Below are positions 21,064-27,668 of a stretch of DNA of 64,000 nucleotides, piece by piece. The notes beneath the pieces are model-generated. The model saw only the letters and a program-made list of their open reading frames with translations. It was not told the origin of the DNA and did not search any database. Position numbers and translations under genes: made by a program. How positions within the stretch are numbered: the first letter of the stretch is position 1; each line of letters starts with the position of its first letter. This DNA is from Candidatus Obscuribacteraceae bacterium (GTDB lineage: Bacteria; Cyanobacteriota; Vampirovibrionia; Obscuribacterales; Obscuribacteraceae), in assembly GCA_044226015.1 (NCBI GenBank), contig JBGAHS010000002.1, positions 787,435 through 851,434 of the forward strand, given 5' to 3'.

Positions 21064-21093
21064 ATCGTATAACGCAAAGAGGAAATTTGTCAA
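21064..21093 (-). promoter_or_regulatory. Sigma70-like promoter of the leader-tRNA unit
   Basis: TTGACA-N18-TACGAT on the minus strand; the -35 lies inside the inverted repeat at 21078..21107. Confidence 0.6.
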
Positions 21094-21134
21094 TGCAAAT
21101 TTCCTCTCCTTAATTGATTAAGAACACAAGAAAA

Positions 21135-22973
21135 TCATTTGGGTTCTTGCGCTGGCGCTGGCTCATCTGTCGTTTTCGCAGCAGGCGCGCCCAGGCTCTT
21201 GAAGCGCATCGGGAAATTCAAACTCTTATTGCTGCTCACATATGAACGAAACATAGACTTCCCTTCTGGCGACCACAAGGTAAGTTGATTTGGCACATCG
21301 ACAAAGACAGCAAGAATATTGGGAAAGGTTAACGGTACAACCTTATTGAACATAGTACTCACCCAGGCGGCTTCATCAAGCGGGTTTCTATTCCTGAAAG
21401 GAGCCGCCTTAACCAACATTACTGGAGTCGTGAGCCAGCTTGAAGTACGCAGCTCTGCCATAAATGGCTCAATTGACTCCATGATGTTGGGACCTTTCGG
21501 ATCATGCCCCGGATCAGTACCAATCGCATTTATGCCCAACCAATCCATCACGCCGGCACCAGGCCAATAGTACTCCAGCTTGTTCCAGCTTTGATTGCCC
21601 GCATCTGATTCATCGGGAAACTTCCCGGCGTTTTTATTGCCATGAAAAGCTCCTGCAGAGCTGAACATCACGATAGAGCTTGCGTTGCTCTCAGTTAAAA
21701 CTTTGCTCAATCGCTTCCACGCATCCCGAACCCTCTCGGGTCCATCAGGAATGTTAGCGTCCCCGTACTGATTGCTCAATTCAGCACTGCTTCCTTTTGG
21801 TCCAGAATAAACACCCTTCTCTAATCGTTTTTTGATTTCATCATTTCTCTTGGACTCAGGCATGTCTTTCAGCTTCGGGTCAAGAATTGAATAATATGGC
21901 GTATGACCATCAGCACCGAATGCGGTGGCAGCAGCTTCGCGATCGAATTCTGAAAACAACCCGAGCATGACCGGCGACTTCTCAGGTGCCAGCTCTTTTA
22001 CATTCGCCTTGAAGTAATCGTCCATCTTGCCAGAAGCCACGTCTGCGACAGTCATAAACTCGCCCTTAGCACTAGCATAATTGGGATCTTTCGACCTAGC
22101 ATCACTGTCTACGAGCTTCAGAAGTATAACTGGCAAGCGCCCCTCAAGAATTCGCGTCTTAGCCCATAGGCTCAGCGGCGGGCTAAATGGAATTCCCAGA
22201 GAAGGGTTATTTGCCTCCGCAAAATTAGCAGGCTTCCCATCAGGCGCCTGCATGTAGTGCTCAGCCATCTCCATCTGCAGCGGCTTACCGCAGCCCTCGT
22301 CGATTAGTGCGACAGAGGGACGATCGCCTGTAAGATACATTTGCTCATTTGGCGTATCGCCCATGTAAACCAATTTAGGCAATGAGACCAGTCGCTTGTT
22401 TTTGCATGTATCAAAAAGTTGGGTCTTACCGAAATCAGCATCTGGGGCTCGTTCAATCAAACCTTCAATTCGCTCAAGCTCCGAAGCAATCTTATCCTTA
22501 TCCCAAAGCCCCAGCGAAGTATACCGAACCAGCTTGTCACTAATATGAAACGCGCGGTCAAAATCTTTGTTCAAAATCAAATCATCAAACTGAGCGCATG
22601 CTTTTTTGTAGCGCTCTTGCAGGGGAGCCAACTCATCTGCTGTCGGTTCTTTATGATCTTTCGCTATTGCATCTAGAAATTCCATGTCGGCCTTGACCCG
22701 AGCATCGCTCGCCCCTGAACCAACGAAAGCAATCTGGTCAATAGCCTTTTGCATTCGCGCACCTAGCGCCGGGTTCGACTGTTTAATCGAATCGCACTTT
22801 GCCTGAGCCTTCTTGACCAGCTCTTCTGCGCGAGCATCTCTCTTGGCTAAATTTTTCACCTTCTCAACACGCAATTCTTCAATAGTAGTTGGCGCACTGC
22901 TGACCGCGGCGAAAGCAGTGCCGGCTCCCAGCAATAGCGACAAACTCAAAGTAATTACGGCGCTTCGCTTCAT
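21135..22973 (-). CDS. Exported protein with GH26-like C-terminal domain
   Basis: Signal peptide ending AFA; YWPGAGVMDWLGIN resembles the GH26 YYPGDxxVDWxGxD motif. Confidence 0.65.
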   Translation of the reverse strand: MKRSAVITLSLSLLLGAGTAFAAVSSAPTTIEELRVEKVKNLAKRDARAEELVKKAQAKCDSIKQSNPALGARMQKAIDQIAFVGSGASDARVKADMEFLDAIAKDHKEPTADELAPLQERYKKACAQFDDLILNKDFDRAFHISDKLVRYTSLGLWDKDKIASELERIEGLIERAPDADFGKTQLFDTCKNKRLVSLPKLVYMGDTPNEQMYLTGDRPSVALIDEGCGKPLQMEMAEHYMQAPDGKPANFAEANNPSLGIPFSPPLSLWAKTRILEGRLPVILLKLVDSDARSKDPNYASAKGEFMTVADVASGKMDDYFKANVKELAPEKSPVMLGLFSEFDREAAATAFGADGHTPYYSILDPKLKDMPESKRNDEIKKRLEKGVYSGPKGSSAELSNQYGDANIPDGPERVRDAWKRLSKVLTESNASSIVMFSSAGAFHGNKNAGKFPDESDAGNQSWNKLEYYWPGAGVMDWLGINAIGTDPGHDPKGPNIMESIEPFMAELRTSSWLTTPVMLVKAAPFRNRNPLDEAAWVSTMFNKVVPLTFPNILAVFVDVPNQLTLWSPEGKSMFRSYVSSNKSLNFPMRFKSLGAPAAKTTDEPAPAQEPK

Positions 22974-23093
22974 TATGCATCCCCCAATGAACGACAGTAA
23001 TTCCTTGCGCTGATACGAGAAGACGCAGGATCTCTCCTGCGTCATTCCCAGATCTCGAACTTTCAATTCAAACAAAAGCCAAGGCTGTCAGAT

Positions 23094-23351
23094 TTAGTGA
23101 CCGCGCATACCGCTTTGCTGATTAATGCCTTTCTCAATTTCCTCAAGCCAGGTTTCAGGAATATCAACTGTTTGACGACCTTCCATCAAAGCAAGTTCCT
23201 TCAAATCCCAGAGATAATCGAAACGGCTGAGGTCGGCGCGACCGCTGGCTCTGAGACCAGTGTACATTTTATTGAGCCGAGACTTGAGGTCTGCGGTGTT
23301 TACACTGATAAGCTTTTCGTTTTGGTTAACACGAACCTGCTTACTTCCCAT
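23094..23351 (-). CDS. Small hypothetical protein
   Basis: 85 aa; ATG after GAGGGGA; co-oriented with the downstream gene. Confidence 0.65.
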   Translation of the reverse strand: MGSKQVRVNQNEKLISVNTADLKSRLNKMYTGLRASGRADLSRFDYLWDLKELALMEGRQTVDIPETWLEEIEKGINQQSGMRGH

Positions 23352-23666
23352 GATAAAGTCCCCTCTTAATCGAATAGCGCCTGACCCTTTTTATATTCCA
23401 CACATATGCAAGTTCAAACCTGTTGAACCCTCTTGACGTCGCTCACGCAAGTCTTCTCGGTCAAAATCGCTGAAACCACCATATTTGGGAACTGAGATGC
23501 GCAGCGGAAAAATAAGTTCCCCCAGTCCATTATTTCTCCACACTCTTCATTCTCATTCCATCACCCTTTCCTAGGATAGTCATGGAAGGACAAGAGAAGG
23601 AACGCGCTCCGAACCGATTTTGGATGGGTCGGTTCGGAGCACCCAAATCATGGAGGAGAGTGGAGG

Positions 23667-24428
23667 ATGAGGATTTGGATTTGCAGCGTCCTGGCTGCAT
23701 TGATCCTCTGTTTCTTCAGCTTAGCTACTAAAGCGGAAGAAACAGGAGATGAAGCGGATCCCGCAGCTAGTAAGTACGCGAATATGAGCAAAGAGCAGTA
23801 CGAATCGGAGGTGATAAAACTCGAAACTTGGAAAGCGAATGTGCAGCACACACAAATGGGAAAGGCACTCATGAAGCATCTGACTCAATTGGATGCAAAC
23901 ATTGTATTGAATAACAGAGACACAAATTCGTTGTACAAGAGAGCCTATTTGTATGGAACGATTGGTTGCACTCGCGCAGCATTGGTAGATTTAATCAAAG
24001 CACTTAAAATTGACCCAATCAACCCGAGCTTTCATTGCGAGCGAGCACTCTGTTACATGGACATGGGCGAATACTCGAAAGCAGAAAGCGACCTCAATAC
24101 AGCAATTGAACAAAACCCAAATTCTGGAGATGCATTACTTGCTAGAGGAAGATTGTACCTACTGCTGAATAAACCAGACCTTGCTTTGAAGGATCTTCTT
24201 GCAAGCAAGAACCCTCACTCAACTTTTAACCCAGCGCTGCCCGATGAAGTGCCAGCGAACTTTTACAACGCTCCAGATTACTATCTCGGTGTTTGTTATG
24301 ACCAACTGGGTCAGCATGACAAAGCGCTTTCACACTATAACGAATCAGCAAAAGATGTAACCGGTGCAGATAGCGGATATTTACACCGCTATGCTGATCG
24401 CCCACAAGCGCTGAACAGTGCAATTTAA
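23667..24428 (+). CDS. Exported TPR protein
   Basis: Signal peptide, TPR motifs, GGAGG upstream. Confidence 0.8.
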   Translation: MRIWICSVLAALILCFFSLATKAEETGDEADPAASKYANMSKEQYESEVIKLETWKANVQHTQMGKALMKHLTQLDANIVLNNRDTNSLYKRAYLYGTIGCTRAALVDLIKALKIDPINPSFHCERALCYMDMGEYSKAESDLNTAIEQNPNSGDALLARGRLYLLLNKPDLALKDLLASKNPHSTFNPALPDEVPANFYNAPDYYLGVCYDQLGQHDKALSHYNESAKDVTGADSGYLHRYADRPQALNSAI

Positions 24429-24455
24429 TTTTACCTGGAACTAAAGATGCAGCCT

Positions 24456-24503
24456 AACTGGTAGCGCACGGATTCCCCTTCTGTGCGTTACCAGTTTTTT
24501 TTT
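24456..24503 (+). terminator. Intrinsic terminator
   Basis: AACTGGTAGCGCACGGA...TCTGTGCGTTACCAG followed by a run of 9 T. Confidence 0.85.
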
Positions 24504-24640
24504 GCTATCTACAATTAAGCAACTTGTACTTTGGAGAAAGCGCCTGAACTAAAATAGAAACAAAAGTAGAAATACGATTGCGATCAAATCGCCAGCGATG
24601 ATAGGATGGTTCTACGACCCTTCAGAAGGGAGGAATTATC

Positions 24641-24901
24641 ATGACTGAAGAAGCAAAAAAACTCTATGAAATCGCCAGCAACACCGCCGTTAAATCCGCA
24701 GTGATGCACGTCCGAGTTAACGGACGAAGCAGAGACATAGCATTAGATCTTCTAGATATTTCCCCAAGCTCACCTGATGAATACATCAGAGAGAAGGTCG
24801 CTGCTTTTGTGGAATTGTCTCCGAAAGATCTTGAGTTCACAGTCGTAGAACGCCATGAAAATGGAAACATGACTGTGCGCCCAGAAGCGGTGTTCGGATG
24901 A
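24641..24901 (+). CDS. Small protein ending in Gly (RPEAVFG), candidate ubiquitin-like modifier
   Basis: 86 aa with strong RBS GGGAGG; beta-beta-alpha-beta-beta-like pattern; ATGA overlap with the next gene; same operon as ThiF. The Ubl identity is inferred. Confidence 0.65.
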   Translation: MTEEAKKLYEIASNTAVKSAVMHVRVNGRSRDIALDLLDISPSSPDEYIREKVAAFVELSPKDLEFTVVERHENGNMTVRPEAVFG

Positions 24902-25764
24902 AAAAGAGAGACGGATTCGATCCGCTCTCTCTTGTATCCAAAATTGCTGACAAAGAAAAGCAGCTAATCGGCTCAAAGTTTCTTGCGCCAAAATTAGGAA
25001 CAGGAAAAATTCGCCTGAAACTATCGGGAATCGCCTATCAGGTTGACGCCCCTGATAGCCCTGACGGTTGGGGAATATTCGAGCTAAAGGAAAATTCGAG
25101 GGCGACATATCTCGAAGCCGCACCACTAAACATGGTGCGGAACTATCTGCTTCTTTTGACGCAGGTCAGACTTGTTATTCTCGACAAATTCGAGAACGAT
25201 AACTGGTGGGCAATAGTCGCCGACCAGCAAGGACAAAAGCTACAGATTAACGGACCAGTGCCCGTACATTTAATTACACGCACAGCGCCATTCGAAACGG
25301 TTTACAGCCGCTTCGATGGAGCACAATTTTGGTTTGAATCAACAGACCGAAAGCGCGACCCGATGGTAGCAAACGAGTTACGAAAGTCACTTGAGAAAAA
25401 TACCGACCCGGCAGAACTTCAGTGCAAAGGCGCCGTGCCACAAGAGCGGCTCGCTTACAAGATCTTACATATGCGAAAAAATAAGGAGCGCGAAACTCCT
25501 GAGCCTCAAGACAACCGCAGTCGTATAAGTCGTGCGCTCGCTCACTCCGGCGCCGAACTTGATTCATTCTGGCAAGAACGCGATAGTAGTGTGACTACAG
25601 TTCGTTTTCGCATGGGAGATCAAGTGCGCGCTGTGAGTGTAAACACCGACAATCTTTCCGTTATAAGTTCGGGAATTTGTTTATCAGGAAGAGACAGCGA
25701 TTTCGACCTGAGCAGCCTTGTTGGGGTATTAAAAGAAGCAGAAGAAGATTACGACTACTACTAA
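24898..25764 (+). CDS. Hypothetical protein with C-terminal SGICLSGxD Cys motif
   Basis: 288 aa, translationally coupled to the upstream gene. Confidence 0.75.
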   Translation: MKKRDGFDPLSLVSKIADKEKQLIGSKFLAPKLGTGKIRLKLSGIAYQVDAPDSPDGWGIFELKENSRATYLEAAPLNMVRNYLLLLTQVRLVILDKFENDNWWAIVADQQGQKLQINGPVPVHLITRTAPFETVYSRFDGAQFWFESTDRKRDPMVANELRKSLEKNTDPAELQCKGAVPQERLAYKILHMRKNKERETPEPQDNRSRISRALAHSGAELDSFWQERDSSVTTVRFRMGDQVRAVSVNTDNLSVISSGICLSGRDSDFDLSSLVGVLKEAEEDYDYY

Positions 25765-25783
25765 GTCCGGCAATAGCTTATGG

Positions 25784-26455
25784 ATGAGTCCAACAAAAAA
25801 AATCGAGCGAGCAAGAATGAGCAAACTTCATCACGAGAACATACACCGCGGCAGCGAAGCAATGAAAATGATTGCAAACCAACGACTCCATATTTGCGGA
25901 GCAGGCGCGATCGGCTCAAACCTGGCAATGAACTTAGTTAGAAGCGGATTCAAAAACCTGGTAATTATCGACAAAGACCGCGTTGAAGAAAAGAATCTGA
26001 GCACCCAGGCATATGGGCTTGACGATGTCGGCGGCAAGAAAGCAGACCTTCTAAGAAATTTGATCTTTCGCGACCTGGCCGAGAGTATAGACGCCCGCGC
26101 CGAAGAGCTGACCCACAATAATGTGAGCAAACTCCTAAAAGGAGCAAGCCTCGTGCTTGATGCTTTCGACAACGCCGCCTCGCGAAAGATTGTCTACGAA
26201 TTCTGCAAAGAAAATAGAATTGATTGCCTTCATGCTGGCGTGAATGGAGATTTTGCCGAGGTACGCTGGAACGAAAGCTACATCGTTCCACAAGAAAATG
26301 GACAAGACATCTGCGATTACCCGCTGGCGAGAAACTTGATCTTATTAACAGTTTCTGTGTGCAGCGAAACCCTTGTAAATTTTGTTCTCAAAACAAAGAA
26401 AGACAGTTTTTCAATCACACTGGGCGACATGTCCATAAATCACGAAACAGATTAG
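25784..26455 (+). CDS. ThiF/MoeB/E1-family adenylyltransferase
   Basis: GAGAIGS, DKDRVEEKNLSTQ, KK, DAFDN motifs; no CxxC zinc pairs. Confidence 0.9.
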   Translation: MSPTKKIERARMSKLHHENIHRGSEAMKMIANQRLHICGAGAIGSNLAMNLVRSGFKNLVIIDKDRVEEKNLSTQAYGLDDVGGKKADLLRNLIFRDLAESIDARAEELTHNNVSKLLKGASLVLDAFDNAASRKIVYEFCKENRIDCLHAGVNGDFAEVRWNESYIVPQENGQDICDYPLARNLILLTVSVCSETLVNFVLKTKKDSFSITLGDMSINHETD

Positions 26456-26475
26456 ACCAAGTGACCTCAGTAATA

Positions 26476-26504
26476 TTGACACACACACTTGCCTCTAATA
26501 AGAT
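26476..26504 (+). promoter_or_regulatory. Sigma70-like promoter P1 of the ncRNA array
   Basis: TTGACA-N17-TAAGAT. Confidence 0.7.
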
Positions 26505-26555
26505 GCCATAAGTGGTTGAGGTCATTTTCTGAGACCTCTCCGATAAGAGGAAAAA

Positions 26556-26640
26556 GCGTGAACGAAGACGGTCCGAGTTTTACAGCTTCAACTCGCCAGC
26601 AGGCGCTCGGCTAATAGCCGCTGCGTCCGTTTCAGCACGC
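26556..26640 (+). ncRNA. Y-RNA-like structured RNA A (family II)
   Basis: Closing stem GCGTG/CACGC; GAAGACGGTCCGAG...CAACTCGC...CTCGGCTAATAGCCG, shared with RNA C. Confidence 0.6.
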
Positions 26641-26673
26641 CTCGACACGCCACCACATTCGATACCAAACAAT

Positions 26674-26702
26674 TTGACAAAGCTTCTCTTACCTTGTAGG
26701 GT
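26674..26702 (+). promoter_or_regulatory. Sigma70-like promoter P2
   Basis: TTGACA-N17-TAGGGT, just upstream of RNA B. Confidence 0.55.
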
Positions 26703-26710
26703 AGTGATTA

Positions 26711-26805
26711 CCGCGTGTGTTCCGACACGTGGAGCCTTACAATCAGGTACTCACTGAGCTGAATCTTTACGCAGCGCGACAAGCTCCACGAACTTACACA
26801 GGCGG
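26711..26805 (+). ncRNA. Structured RNA B (divergent family I)
   Basis: CCGCGTGTG...CGTGGAGCcTTACAAT...GCTCCACGAACTTACACAGGCGG, nested stems. Confidence 0.6.
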
Positions 26806-26824
26806 CACTAAAAGGATGGTCATT

Positions 26825-26900
26825 GTGGCAGAAGACGGCCCGACACCGACAACTCGCTCTCACCTGGCACTCGGCTAATGCCGTTGTGCTGCTTTGCCAC
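26825..26900 (+). ncRNA. Y-RNA-like structured RNA C (family II)
   Basis: Closing stem GTGGCA/TGCCAC; GAAGACGGCCCGA...CAACTCGC...CTCGGCTAATGCCG. Confidence 0.6.
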
Positions 26901-26937
26901 GCGCAAAATGCGCCACCATATTTAGTATCATTTTCTG

Positions 26938-26966
26938 TTGACAGATTTGCAATTTCGATCTATTAT
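26938..26966 (+). promoter_or_regulatory. Sigma70-like promoter P3
   Basis: TTGACA-N17-TATTAT, about 8 nt before RNA D. Confidence 0.8.
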
Positions 26967-26974
26967 CAAAATTA

Positions 26975-27110
26975 CCAACTGTACTCAAACATTTGGAGCA
27001 TACAATCGCTTAGAACGAAAAGGTCGTGGGTTCGAATCCCACCGGGGCAGATGGCCCCGTAGCTCAGTGGATAGAGCGTTAAACTCTGCTCCCACAACTC
27101 GTACAGATGG
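26975..27110 (+). ncRNA. YrlA-like Y RNA D with circularly permuted tRNA module
   Basis: CTGTAC/GTACAG and GGAGC/GCTCC stems enclose a T arm (GTGGG TTCGAAT CCCAC), a loop-closed acceptor stem (CGGGGC agatg GCCCCG) and a D arm (TA GCTC AGTGGATA GAGC). Confidence 0.85.
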
Positions 27111-27233
27111 CATCGTTTAAGTAAGAGGAGGTCGCCAGTCGTTATAGTGGACACGGGTGACATAACATGGATCGATCCGAAACACGCGCCCGGTAGTGAC
27201 TGGAGCGCGTGCTCCTCGTTTAAATCGCATGCC
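27109..27233 (+). ncRNA. Long-hairpin structured RNA E
   Basis: Nested pairs GGCAT/ATGCC, GAGGAG/CTCCTC, CCAGTCGTTAT/GTAGTGACTGG. Confidence 0.55.
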
Positions 27234-27256
27234 ACTACATATGGTGCAACATTTAT

Positions 27257-27285
27257 TTGACAAACACCATTCGGCGATCTAAATT
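27257..27285 (+). promoter_or_regulatory. Sigma70-like promoter P4
   Basis: TTGACA-N17-TAAATT, just before RNA F. Confidence 0.7.
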
Positions 27286-27291
27286 AGTATT

Positions 27292-27423
27292 ACTGCCTGT
27301 ACTCAAACAGACTGAGCTTACAATCTGGTACATTTTCCGTAACTGGAGAATGAGGTTCGAATCCTCCCCTGGGCGGGGTTCCGTCCATCAAAACAAACAG
27401 CTCTTTCAACTCGTACAGGCAGT
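27292..27423 (+). ncRNA. Y-RNA-like RNA F (family I) with T-arm module
   Basis: ACTGCCTGTAC/GTACAGGCAGT 11-bp stem, GAGC/GCTC stem, internal GAGG TTCGAAT CCTC. Confidence 0.75.
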
Positions 27424-27432
27424 GAATTTTAC

Positions 27433-27570
27433 ACCAATGACTCGATGCACCAGCGAACGCGCATTGTTCCAACATTGACTCATAGGTGAGCTACTGGACC
27501 CAGGGCACCGTCCCGAGGGTCCCCGTAGACTTGGAAGAGTCGTCAGGTTTGCTTCTGCTCGAATTGTGGT
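27433..27570 (+). ncRNA. Possible long-hairpin RNA G
   Basis: Nested pairs ACCA/TGGT, AGCGAAC/GTTTGCT, TTCCAA/TTGGAA. Confidence 0.4.
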
Positions 27571-27583
27571 AATCTGGTTATAC

Positions 27584-27660
27584 GCCTGTACTCACTGCTC
27601 GAGCTTACAAACCTTTTCAAGTTAGAAACAGCTCTGGCGACTCGTACAGGCCCTTTTTTT
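27584..27660 (+). ncRNA. Minimal family I RNA H followed by a U-tract
   Basis: GCCTGTACTCA...GAGCTTACAA...AACAGCTC...ACTCGTACAGGC, then cc and a T run. Confidence 0.7.
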
Positions 27661-27668
27661 GCAAATTT

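Noticed and set aside
24546..24573. LexA-box-like or TAGAAA direct repeats upstream of the Ubl operon
   Set aside because: AT-rich with two or more mismatches to known boxes; not distinguishable from chance by eye.
27021..27079. Canonical tRNA gene or phage attachment site
   Set aside because: The arm order is permuted, there is no anticodon arm or CCA end, and no integrase is nearby.
26823..27478. Short ORFs across the ncRNA array
   Set aside because: They lack RBSs, two start at the TTG of promoter -35 boxes, and they overlap clear RNA structures.
26556..27660. CRISPR array interpretation of the repeated motifs
   Set aside because: The repeats are split 5'/3' halves that pair around inserts, spacing is irregular, and no cas genes are in the window.
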